From contig OX597821.1 in NCBI GenBank assembly GCA_951406725.2, forward strand, positions 81,840,001-81,904,000: 64,000 nt of DNA, read 5' to 3'. The notes beneath the pieces are model-generated. The model searched no databases. It worked only from the letters and a program-made list of their open reading frames with translations, and was not told the origin of the DNA. Of the stretch, positions 13,896 to 26,124 are shown piece after piece. The DNA is from Octopus vulgaris. Taxonomy: Eukaryota. Position numbers and translations under genes: made by a program. Within the stretch, counting starts at the first letter, position 1, and each line of letters opens with the position of its first letter.

Positions 13896-14575
13896 AATAT
13901 TTCATTATAAAACATAAGATTTTTGTAAATGCTACATGGCTATAGAGGTCCTGTAGAGCTCAATACAAATCAAAGGGGTCCATTGGCAAAAAATTGCTGA
14001 AATCATTGTTCTAGACAGAAGACAAAGCTCAAAGAGAGGGACCAGAGAATAGTGAAACATTTTGTCTCAAAACCATCGACTTATGGCAACAAAAGGGATA
14101 GCAGAGCTAACCCACTGCCTTGCCAACCCTGTATCAACCAAAACCATTTATCATGAGCTCCATAAAGCTAAATACCATGGGAGGTTTGCAATTGCTAAAC
14201 CACTGATAAATGGGAAAATAGTTTCTAGACTATCAGAAGTGTTCAATGGGTCATAGACTTTAGCGTTATAGGCCCTGAGACAAAGCAAGTCACAAGATAC
14301 ATTAAGCTTTTAGACTTGTGGGTGCTCTGGGCAACTGCCCATGGTGCCTATACTTAAAAAAAGGATAATGCTCCTTTGCAGGTCACATAAAGCCAGTTTG
14401 TGTGGCATATACATTCCCCATTCGATATGACGCTGGTTTGTCGCAAGATTACTCATTTTCGCCAGTTGAGTGGACTGGAGTAATGAGAAATGAAGTGTCT
14501 CCCTGTCTCTCATTGCCTGGTCCAGGAATCAAAACCACAACCCAATCCTGAGCCCAACATCCTAAACCACTAAGC

Positions 14576-14840
14576 TTTTTTCTCACTGTAGGTCCCGATC
14601 CTTCAGTGGGTCGCGACAAAAAAGAAGGAAGGGGAAAAAAGCAAGTGGGTGTAAAGTGCAGAATATAAACCACCGGTTTTTCAAACTGTCGGCTCCCGAT
14701 CTTTCAGTGGGTCGCAACAAAAAAGAAAGAAAGAAAAAAAAAACGCAAGTGGGTGCCAAGTGCAGAATACAAACCAGCGTTTTTCAAACTGTAGATCCCG
14801 GCCCTTCAGTGAGTCGTGCCCAAAAGTTTGAAAAACGCTG
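14576..14840. mobile_element. hAT-type MITE with internal ~105-bp tandem triplication, inserted in SINE family D (14385-14860)
   Basis: 8-bp TSD cactaagc (14568-14575, 14841-14848); right TIR agtttgaaaaacgctg; three cc.g..c.ttcagtg.gtcg units. Confidence 0.7.
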
Positions 14841-14999
14841 CACTAAGCCATGCACCTCCGCTCTATTCTTCAAGTCAGCCCTAGAACACACAAACATAAC
14901 TAGCCGCTCTAACCATACACACACATCCTTATATACACAGCTGCATATATATGCAGATATCCACTTGCCTTGGATGGTACTATGGTGGTGGTATTAACT

Positions 15000-15620
15000 T
15001 TATTGGCCTTTTGTGAAATGACACATTTTAATATATTGAACTGTTTAATATATATGCCTGCATTGAGTGTGAGTGTGTCTATTGTGGTTTCTTGATGTTG
15101 GTTGAGGAGCTGTGGAGTTCAATATGGAACATTATTGTGTTTGTTGATGTATATTGATTGTTGATGTATATTGATTTATATTGTTTATATTGTATTATTG
15201 TGTATATATATATATGTAAGAATATGAGTATGTATGCACTCATATTTATATTTATTTGTAAATTATTTAGAGTTTGTACTCATACTTGCATTAGAATCTC
15301 TGAAGAGGCCGTAAGATATTCTTGTTAATGTCTCATTTATACTTGCATTATATGGCTAATAGGTTAAATGAAACATACCTGTCTTCATGGCCGAAACAGC
15401 TGTCAGCTACAATGTAAATGTATTTTTATGTCTTGTTATATTTATTTAGTTATATCTTACCATATTGATTGTAATTATTGTACTGTATTAATGTATAATA
15501 TCATTGCTATTGTGTAGTGTTTTAATAAAGTATATGATTCGGTATTATCTGATGGTTGATGATTGATTTAGATATATTTCTCCATTTTCTCATTTTGTAT
15601 TATATATATATATATATATA
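15000..15620 (+). mobile_element. Penelope-like element 3' end / pLTR-like segment carrying the hammerhead
   Basis: AT-rich segment with the hammerhead, a downstream AATAAA and a (TA)n terminus. Hammerheads in Penelope pLTRs are established. Boundaries approximate. Confidence 0.45.
15286..15417 (+). ncRNA. Type I hammerhead ribozyme (Penelope-associated type) with extended stem II
   Basis: Core CTGAAGA at 15300-15306; stem II GGCCGTAAGATA/TGTCTTCATGGCC; GAAA at 15393-15396; palindromic stem III ACAGCTGT; GUC cleavage triplet at 15402-15404; stem I ct/ag plus ttgcatt/aatgtaa. Confidence 0.7.
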
Positions 15621-15976
15621 CATAAATTCATACATACAGTTCTTTGCATTTTGAAGCATTTTTAATTCCTTTCAAATAATATTTTGATAACATGCAAATC
15701 CTGATTAGAAAGGCTGTAGAAATGGTTTCTTCTTGAATTTAATTGTCATTGATCTCTTTACCAATCTTGGTTGGTGTGTGCTTAATATCTCTTGGAAGTG
15801 TTAGGCTGGCATATTGCCTGAAGAAAAGTTACTGTTAAACAAGTTAGATGTGACAGAAGAAGTCTTGTCTTGAAATGTTAAGAGTTACTGAGATGTCTGT
15901 CTGAATAGCAGAGAAATAGGAAGTGAGTTAACGCTGGGCGACATCTGTTCTATATGGGTTGCATAAGACAGCATTC

Positions 15977-16013
<37 letters not shown>

Positions 16014-16808
16014 ACTAATTTTCTGTGTTTCTCTAAACTTTCTATGTCACTTCAATTTTTTTGTATCTCTATATATTTTCATCTATCTACTCATGTTCTC
16101 TTTTCTTCTATTGTGTGTGTGGATGCATGTATGTAAGTTACGAAATGTCGAAGGATCTTTGCATGTGTATTTCTCTATGTAATTATCTGTCCAACTGTCT
16201 TGGTTAGTTTTCTATCATTCCTTCTCACGCTCAATTTGTCACTCTCGTTCTCTCTCTCCCTCCCTCTCTGTCTTTCTCTCACTCTCTCACCATCGCTGTC
16301 AGCTTCTTCCTTTCACTTTCCCTTTTTCCATCTCCATCAGTTTATCTGTCTCTCTCTACCATGTCCTCCACCACACATACACTTGTTCTCTCTCTCTCTC
16401 AGCCCTTCCACACACACACACACACACTCTACCTCCCTCCCTCTCTCTCTCTCTCTCACTCCACCACCACCACTATACATGAGCCCAGCATTAACAAATG
16501 GTGTCAACTAGAAAAACAGTAAAATAATTTAGTGGTAATTCCATTCAAATGTTGATTCCAGTGATGTATACACTTTGACAGACAAGCATATGTTCTCCAA
16601 GTTTGTGTATGTGTGTGTGAGAGAGAGAGGGAGAGAACGACGGTATGTATATGTGTCTTTCTAGCTGTTGTGGGTGTGTGTAAGAGAAAGATAGAGAGAA
16701 TGACAGGGTATGTATGTGTGTTTCTGTGTCTCTAGGTGTTCTGTGCGTGTGTGTGCGCGTTTGTTTGTATGCTTTGAAAAGCTGTTTTTAGGCAAAGTTA
16801 TGTGCTTC

Positions 16809-16856
16809 CTATCTAGAGACGATAAACAGCAAGAATCCAAGAAAACCAGTGATGAG
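16809..16856 (-). CDS. Candidate second/terminal coding exon, LITGFLGFLLFIVSR*
   Basis: Minus strand ccctaac...ttttattaatttttttattgcttcAG|CTC ATC ACT GGT TTT CTT GGA TTC TTG CTG TTT ATC GTC TCT AGA TAG. Phase 0 matches the 20922 donor. The link between the exons is inferred. Confidence 0.28.
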   Translation of the reverse strand, partial: LITGFLGFLLFIVSR

Positions 16857-16935
16857 CTGAAGCAATAAAAAAATTAATAAAATTAACAAACCATTTAGTT
16901 AGGGACAAATATGTATTTTATAAGGGGTAAGTTTA

Positions 16936-18313
16936 AATATTTCAGAGGAAGGGCTCTTCTTCCAATAACTCATTTCTATTCCCTGCACATATCCGATGTT
17001 GGCGATGTTACGGTTCTATGTGTTATCACATTGAATATAAGTTATAGAACTTCACCAAATATTTCCAATAAGGATAAAGATATTTCTTAAGTCGTATAGA
17101 TTCGTAGTCAGTTTCCGGGTTTCCATGGTGTATATACTTACTCTGCTGATGGTAAACCAGTTCATTGAAGAATCACAGTAACCCCTTGCCATATTGTGGT
17201 TCACCTATCGCGGTTCCCCTATCACCGTTTATTATTTAAGCTTTCACCGATTCCTCCATGTTCTTGTTTTGCATTTATAATAAAATAAATATATACAAAT
17301 TATGAAAAAAAAGAAAAAAAATACAGTACAGTACTGGGATCTTTGCAGACTTACACCTATCGCTTTGGGGTTTTGGAATGTAACACCCATTATAGTCGAG
17401 GGATTGCTGTACTCATTTTTGCCAGCTGAGTGGACTGGAGCAATGGGAAATGAAGTGTTTTGCTCAAGAACTCAACACATTGCCTTGTCCAGGAATCCAA
17501 ACCACAATCTTATGATCATGAGTCTAACACCCTAACCACTAGGCCACATATCTCCACCTATGTCTCTAATACATACATACATACATACATACATACATAC
17601 ATACATACATACATGCATGCATACATACATACATACATACATACATGCATGCATGCATACATACATGCATGCATGCATACATACATACATACATACATAC
17701 ATACATACATACATACATACATACATACATACATACATACACACACACACATACATACACACATACACATGAATGTGTGCATGTAAAATTAATCAAGAAG
17801 AGAAAAATACGTGCTTTCAGACCAATTTCAGTACAAATTAAGTACCAGTTGCGTACTGGTGCTGATCCAATTGACTAGTCCCCTCCCCCAAAATTTCAGG
17901 CCTTGTACCTAGAGTAGAACAGTATAAACTACGATAGGTGAACAGTGATATGGCGAGGGATTGCTGTAATTCTGCAATGGACGGGTGTACCACCCAGAGA
18001 GTAAATATATACACCATGGAAACCCGGAAACTGACTCTATGAGTCTATATGATTCAGGAAAGATCTTTATCTTTATTGGAAATATTTGGTGGAAATTCTA
18101 TAATTTATGTTCAATGTGATAAAACATCAGATGTTTGTAGGGAACAGAGGTGAGTTCTTGGAAAAAGGGCCCTTCCCCTGAAATATTATGGGGCAAGGGC
18201 CCTTCTCTCAAGAACTCTCCTCTGTTCCCAGTACATATCTGATGGTTTATCACATTGAACATAAGTTATAGAACTTCACCAAATATTTCTAATAAAGATA
18301 AAAATCTTTCCTG
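16936..18313. repeat. Local inverted duplication/triplication
   Basis: 16936-17210 is inverted at 17932-18187; its left part recurs in direct orientation at 18195-18313. Confidence 0.85.
17176..17409. mobile_element. Tc1/mariner/pogo-type MITE inserted in SINE family D (17075-17555)
   Basis: TIR cagtaacccct / agggattgctg followed by TA. Confidence 0.6.
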
Positions 18314-18815
18314 CCACTGCCACAGGTTGCATGCTTGTGATGGCTTAAGGTAGAGGTAACACGGGGTCAGTGACAGTCACAATTCTGCAACAGCCCAGGT
18401 GACTACATTCCCTATTGTTGCTCCTCTTTATGAAGTACCATCAGCATTTATGTTTGGGAACTGTTTGGACATAAGTTAACTTCAAGCACACACACACAAA
18501 TTTATATATATATATCATCATCATCATCATCATCATCGTATAATGTCCGTTTTCCGCGCTAGCACGGGTTGAACGGTTCGACCGGGGTCTGGGAAGCCAG
18601 GGGCTGCACCAGGATCCAGTCTGATCTGGCAGTATTTCTACAGCTGGATGCCCTTCCTAATGCCAACCACTCCGCAAGTGTAGTGGGTGCTTTTTATGTG
18701 CCAGGAGAGTCTGGCATCGGCCACGATCGGTTGGTGCTTTTAACGTGCCACCGGCATGGAAGCCAGTCAAGGCGGCGCTGGCATCGGCAAAAAGAGTGCG
18801 TTTCCATTCCGGGAA

Positions 18816-18865
<50 letters not shown>

Positions 18866-18961
18866 CTTTGATACTTTGATACTTTGATAGGTTTCGGCCA
18901 TGTCTAACTTAATAGCACCACCTGGTGAAGTCTTTCAAGTCAGAATTTGCACTATGGCCCA

Positions 18962-19503
<542 letters not shown>

Positions 19504-19860
19504 TATGTGTTCTTTAATTCATCCACTTGTTTCAGTCATTTTACTGTGGCCTTGCTCCATATACATATATTTGTATACACACATATATGCATGAGTGTAT
19601 ATATGTATATGCATGCATATTTGTATGTGTATATGTATATGCACACACACACACACACACCTACATATACATACCATGCTAGCATGGAAGGCAGACGTTA
19701 AATGATGATGATGCTGATATATATACATTTATATAATACATACATATATATATGTATGTATAATCATGCATACATATATATGTATATATATGTAGGTATA
19801 TATATATGTGTGTATGTGTGTATATATATATGTATATATATATATATATATATATGTATT

Positions 19861-19891
<31 letters not shown>

Positions 19892-19896
19892 GTATT

Positions 19897-19938
<42 letters not shown>

Positions 19939-20394
19939 CATACACACACACACACACATACATACATAAACATACACAAACGCATCTCAAATGTGAGTAT
20001 GTGCATATGTCAATGTTTACTATTCATACAAATTTGTAAATATATACGTGTACTTACCCATGTGTGTACATTAGGGAGTTAGTTGAAAGGAGAAGTTGAA
20101 AACATGTTTATGTGTAAAACAAAATAGGAGATTGTCTTTTTCCACAGGGCACAAGGCCCTACATTTCAGAAAAGTTGAAGTATTGACTTTTGTTAATTTT
20201 CAACCGTGAAAGTGACATGGACTGTCTTCCCTCGAGATTTGAAACCAAGATGTGACCACTACTTACCAGGAGTGTATTTTCATTTACTCATTTGATTAAT
20301 ATTACATAAAAGAATAAAAATATAATCCCAAAAAATAATCATTTATAAGATTAATATTAATTAAAACATAAAAATATGATTCTGACAGATACCC

Positions 20395-20695
20395 ATTTAA
20401 TAAGCATGAAATATCAACTCTTGATAAGCATTAAATATAACCATGAAAGATAACCATGTTTATAAGCATCAAATAGCCATGAAATATAAACTCTTAGTAA
20501 ACATTAAATGTATCCATGAAATATAAACTCTTAGAAGCGTTAAATATAACCATGAAATGTAATTGTTTATAAGCTCTAAATCTAGTTATGAAATATAAAC
20601 TCTAATAAGCATTAAATATATACATGAAATATAAACTATTTATAAGCATTAAATTTAAATAAAATCATGAAATATAAGCATGATGGATATAAAAT
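20395..20695. repeat. AT-rich minisatellite, ~40-bp unit
   Basis: Repeated taagcattaaatataaccatgaaatataaactct, about 7 degenerate copies. Confidence 0.8.
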
Positions 20696-20921
20696 GTGTA
20701 AAGATTATGCTGGCAATATTGTGAATTGATTTGTGTTAGAATTAGCCGATTAATTAATTAATACAGAATGCAGAAGTAAGAGAACCGGGTGTGAAGAACT
20801 GGTAAGTCGACTGACTAAGATCGAGACCGAAATCAAAAGGCCACCACCACTGCCATTAAATAGCAGAGCTGCCACCACCACCACCACTACCACCGTTATT
20901 CAAATAAACCAGTGACCTTAC

Positions 20922-20972
20922 CTTTTTGCCGTTAACCTGAATGGTAATTTCCATTTTGTTTGATGTCAACAT
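20922..20972 (-). CDS. Candidate first coding exon, MLTSNKMEITIQVNGKK (exon 20978-20922), product unknown
   Basis: Minus strand reads tgtctttctctgctacAG|TAACAA ATG TTG ACA TCA AAC AAA ATG GAA ATT ACC ATT CAG GTT AAC GGC AAA AAG|GTAAGG. It has a polypyrimidine acceptor, an in-frame stop just upstream of the ATG, a second ATG in aaaATGG context and a strong phase-0 donor, all in non-repetitive sequence. The other two frames contain stops. Confidence 0.45.
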
Positions 20973-22202
20973 TTGTTACTGTAGCAGAGAAAGACACATA
21001 AAGAGACAATGATGCTTCCCTTGAAGAATGACAAGTTCTGAAGTATTTTACACACAGATTCTTTCTTTCTTTCTTTCTTTCTTTCTTTTTTTTCTTTCGA
21101 TGTCAAAAATGTAATAATTTTCCAAAAACAAAAATTTACTTATCTTAAAAAAAAAAAAAGAAAAGGAAATAACTGGTTATCCGGAGGTTTGAGATACAAG
21201 TTTGAAGAGAGAGAGAAAATAAGGGAAACAGACTACAACAAGCAACAGTGTGTGTGTGTGTGTGTGTGTTATTTCTTTTTTTTCTTTCCTTCTCTCAGTG
21301 AAACGAAATAGAAGGAATGCGCTGCTTCCTCTTCTTCACTTGCTCCACCTTCACTGCATTCCTTTCTCTGATGCAGACCAAGAGGTGTGTTTCTGCCCAC
21401 ATTTGCTGCTCTGGCGTCACCAGCTTGCTGGAACCTTCTTTCATTATTTATTTACTCAATTATTTGCCTGTTATTTAGGCTCTAATTACTATACACAACT
21501 TACTGAAACAGCACACACACACACATATATATATACAGATATATATATATATATATGCACATATATACATACATATAAGTTCTGCATAATTAAACCTAGT
21601 CTATGTGTCTCTGTATCTCTTTTGTTACTGTGAAGCTGTATATCTGTTACTCCTGGTACTAATTATTATTCATCCGTTTAGTAATCTATTTATACAACTA
21701 TGTAGTGGCCCTAAAGTTTTTAACTTTAAACCCAAAGAACAACAAGCAGTTAACATAAACAGTGAAGTAGGTTATTCACAACAGACCTGACTCTGTACTT
21801 TCTAAGACCCTCTTTAGTTCTAAAAGTATATTTACAAAATTGTAAATGAAATACCTTTATGAAAAACATATTTATTATTAACATTCAAACAAGAACTTCG
21901 TCTTTTGGGGATTAAGGGCTTCCTTATCTATTTCACCCTTTAGCATTCACGTTCAGATTACTCTGTCGAATGTAATGCTTATTTATTCACATTGTCTTGC
22001 ATTAATCATGCTTTATCACATAGCTTCGAGCTTTTGATGAAGTGATTGTTTATTTCTAGAAGAACATTGTAGGGTAGGTGTGAGGGGTTGGATCTGGCTG
22101 TTTTGAACATAAAACAGGGAGAATATTTTGGAAAGATATGGCCTGCCTAAAAGCTTTGGGGTTAAAGTTCTGTTTTTCTATTTCTTAATCTGTGTGTGTG
22201 TA

Positions 22203-22243
<41 letters not shown>

Positions 22244-22284
22244 AGATAAAGAAACAGAGACAGAGAGACAGACAGATAGACAGA

Positions 22285-22321
<37 letters not shown>

Positions 22322-22732
22322 CATGTGTACAGAGACTCAAAGGACATCAAATAACTTGTTTTTACACATTTTCTTTTACTTAATTCTATAATTATAATGA
22401 CCTAAATCTTTAAGTAGCATTTTGCTGCTCTTTCTCTCTCAATGTGCACCTATGCACACATTCACACGGCTACGATCGTCTGTATATGTGGGGGGTGGGT
22501 GCATGTGTGTGTGTGTGTGTGTGCATACATTTATATATAAAAATGCATCCATTTGTGAACGGATGCATATGCTTTTCTTGACACATACACAAAGTAAGCA
22601 CTAATCAAGTTGTCAAAAAGACATCATACATAAACATATTCATACAAGAATATACACATGCATATACATACACAAATCATTTGTAGATACATATACACAC
22701 AGACATATTATTGTTATTATTATTATTATCAT

Positions 22733-22950
22733 GAAAGTGATGAGTTTGCTGAACTGTCAATGCATTGGACAAAATGCTTAGCAACATTTTTTCCAGCTCT
22801 TTACATTCTGAGTTCGAATACTGCCAAGGTTGACTTTGCTTTTCATCTTTTCAGGGTCAATAAAATAAGTACCACTTGAATACTGAGGTTGATGTAATTG
22901 TTTTATTCACCCCCTAAAAATTGCTGGTTTTGTGCTAAAATTTGAAACCC
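22733..22950 (+). mobile_element. SINE family B
   Basis: Family B consensus. Confidence 0.7.
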
Positions 22951-23633
22951 TTCCTTTCAGGGTTGATAATATAGACCTATAGTAGAAAGGATTATTATTA
23001 TTATTATTATTATTACTATTCATGGTATGCATGGATGTTTTACATTCAGAATCAATGTCCTTAATACTGGGCCGCAACCAGTTTCATTAGATAACAAAGA
23101 CCTTTCTTACAATCTTTGCTCACTTTGCCTTTCATCCCTTTTGGGGTCAATAAAATAAATACCATTTGAGTAATAGGGTTGATGTACTTGCCTAGCCTGT
23201 ACCCAACACTAAATTTCAGATCTTGTGTTTATAGTAGATCTTGTGCTTATTAAGTAGAAGTTACCTAACATGAATTGACTAGTTATGTTTTATTTGGAAA
23301 TTGTTGTTCACATCTGACCAAGAGTAATGGAGTAACAAAATAGCTATGCAGCACATATCTGAAAACACAAAAGCTGATATTGCTCTAATGAAACAGTTAC
23401 AAAAATTTTAGCCAAAAATCAATAAGACATCAAAACTAGTAAAGTGGTCTCCTTTTGGGGTTGGCCGGTCTTTTGATGCTTCACCCATGATCATATGCCT
23501 AACCTCCTCTGACCATGTATTCCTGCACTATCAATGGTTCTCGACATTTCCTTTACAGAACATCAAAACAGCTGATTCTTTCCTTCACACCAAAGAAAAC
23601 GATTGTGTGTATATCCACCCATCCATCTGTACG

Positions 23634-23666
<33 letters not shown>

Positions 23667-24007
23667 GGCATAAAAACTAGTGTCATCATACACAATGTAT
23701 TTATATATATATATATATATATATATAATAATGAATATTAGGGAATAAATCCAAATTTACAGACACACTTACTTATAAATATCTTATATATTTTACTTCT
23801 TTCAGTCTTTAGAGTGCGGCCATGCTGTGGCACCACCTTGGAGAATTTTAGACGAACAAATCAACCTCAGTATATATTTTTCTTTTAAACCTGGTTCTTA
23901 TTTTATTTGTCTCTTTTGCTGAACCGCTAAGTTAAGGGTAAGGTAGACTCACCAACACCAATTGTCACTCAGTGAAGGGAGGATAAACACACACACATGT
24001 GTGCGTG

Positions 24008-24035
<28 letters not shown>

Positions 24036-24038
<3 letters not shown>

Positions 24039-24240
24039 TTATTTGTTTCGGTCATTTGACTGCAGCTATGCTAGAGCACCGCCTTTAGTCAAGCAAATCG
24101 ACTCCAGGACTTATTCTTTGTAAGCCTAGTACTTATTCTATCGGTCTCTGTTGCCAAACCACTAAGTTATGGGGACGTAAACACACCAACATCAGTTGTC
24201 AAGTGATGATGGGGGGACAAACACTGACACACAAACATAA

Positions 24241-24287
<47 letters not shown>

Positions 24288-24436
24288 GCTTCTTTCAGAT
24301 TCCATCCACCAAATCTATTCACAAGGCTTTGGTCAGCCTGAGGCTATAGTAGAAGACACTTGCCCAAGGTACCATGCAGTGGGACTGAACCCAGACTCAT
24401 GTGGTTAATAAGCAAGTTACTTACCACACAGCCACT
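24036..24436 (-). mobile_element. SINE family A
   Basis: Full-length minus copy with internal (TA)n; a truncated tail copy lies just before it at 23790-23995. Confidence 0.85.
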
Positions 24437-24459
24437 CAGTATCAGCATCATTACCAGTG

Positions 24460-24900
24460 CACAGGTGTAGCTCTATAGTTAAGAAGTTCACTTCCCAATC
24501 ACATGGTTTTGGGTTCAGTTCCACTGCATAACACATTTGGTAAGTTTTTCCTACTGCAGCCCCAGACCAACCAAAGCCTTGTGAGTGGATTTAGCAGACA
24601 GAAACTGAAAGAAGCCCATTGTGTGTGTGAGTGTGGGTGTATATACATGTGTGTGTATGTGTGCATGTGTGTTTTAGTCTCCTTGTGTTGACATTACATG
24701 GTTGTTATAAACGAGGGTCACTGTTAAACAAGCAATATAATTCATTTTCAATATTCTTTAAAAGCATTTGACCATGGAAGTATTACCCTGCCTGGAAGCA
24801 GGTAACAGGAAGGGGGTCCAACTGTAGGGAATCTGCTTTAATAAACTCTGTCCTACCCATGCCAGTATGGAAATGTGGACAATAAAACAATGATGATGAT
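24460..24900 (+). mobile_element. SINE family A head with family C-type tail
   Basis: Family A head and core, then ggaagcaggtaacaggaaggg..tcca...atggaaatgtggac.ataaaac(atg)n. Confidence 0.65.
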
Positions 24901-24928
24901 ATGTATGCACCACCCACACAAAACATAC

Positions 24929-25077
24929 GGGTAACTTTGTAAATACACACATACATACACACACACAAATATACATATATATGCAAACACATATGGGTAA
25001 CTTTGTAAACACACACATACACATATGCACAAATATACATATATTTGAAAACACACATGGGTAACTTTGTAAACACA

Positions 25078-25085
<8 letters not shown>
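24929..25085. repeat. ~65-bp tandem repeat, 2.5-3 copies
   Basis: gggtaactttgtaaa starts at 24929, 24995 and 25059. Confidence 0.85.
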
Positions 25086-25130
<45 letters not shown>

Positions 25131-26124
25131 ATACATACTCGCACATATATTTGCCTACAATATACCGATTGTAAACACCTGTCTTCATTTAAAGAATGCA
25201 ATATTAGATTATAAAGCTAGTTGAATTTAAAGGAAAAAACGAAAATTAAAAGTTGAAATTCTTACAGAAATATCTTTGTTTGAAATACATCTCTGTAAGA
25301 ATATGAACTCTTAATTTTGCTCAAATACACACACACACACAGATTATATATTGGTTCCATGGTAAAATGCATCTAGTAAACTTTGTAAAATGGATGGTGT
25401 TAGGAGAGGCATCCAGTTATAAAACCCATGCTAAAAATTAGAGGGAGATAACTCTAGAAAAGATCCATCCAACATATGCAGCATGAAAAGTAGATGTAAA
25501 ATTTTTTTTTATGACAGTATATCCTGGGGTCTTCTTCAGTCAAACATCAACACAGAATCTACTGCTAAATGTATGGAAATATAGATGCAGATACATGTAT
25601 AGTTAAGCCAAAACAATTCAGATGCAACCTAATTTTTAAATCTTAAACAGGTGAGTTCAAATTATATTTTAAAACTATTTAACAAAAACGATTGAAGTAA
25701 GTATCCATAACATTTTTTCAGGCAAATATTGGTGTAGTTAATGTTTAATTTCAGCTTCTGTTGCTTGATATCTTTAGAGAAAACATGGACAGAGAGGGAA
25801 ATTGAGAAAACTACCATCCTGGGAAGGTGCAGAATGTGTATAAGGACAAGTACAGTAGGGGCAATAAAAAAGAAGGCACATGTATTAAGAAGGCTTGAGC
25901 TAAGAGGATATGCAGCCTGTAAGATAAAGTGGGTAGAAACAGGGCCTTCTTAACAATATTTTAGGCCACCAGGTATATTAGTCCCTAAAGTATTCATCTA
26001 TTGACGGCTTACTACCATAGACATAGATCAGAATTTAGCCCTTATGACTGTGAGGCCCCTGGGTAACTATCCCTTGTGCTCATGCTTTTAGATGGCACAG
26101 GGTAGAAGCTTTTGTAATATCAGT

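Larger units (their letters stand above)
12435..14008. mobile_element. hAT-type MITE, itself interrupted
   Basis: Termini cagtcgttttcaac / gctgaaatcattg with a degenerate 8-bp TSD ttcaagat/ttctagac. Homologous to the uninterrupted copy at 55144-55404. Confidence 0.6.
12080..14240 (+). pseudogene. Decayed Tc1-family transposase, split by nested insertions at 12435-14008
   Basis: 5' part ...QMVGALITKTAELFYVLKGTVSEIMLAF (ORF 12183-12461) and 3' part IAELTHCLANPVSTKTIYHELHKAKYHGRFAIAKPL (ORF 14062-14256) resemble the Tc1 paired-like HTH region. A TIR-like tggttggacaaaataatggaaac starts at about 12081. Confidence 0.7.

Noticed and set aside
24929-25085. CRISPR-like repeat-spacer pattern (15-bp constant word every ~65 bp)
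   Set aside because: The spacers are homologous CA/TA-rich sequence, only three units are present, the context is eukaryotic and there are no cas genes.
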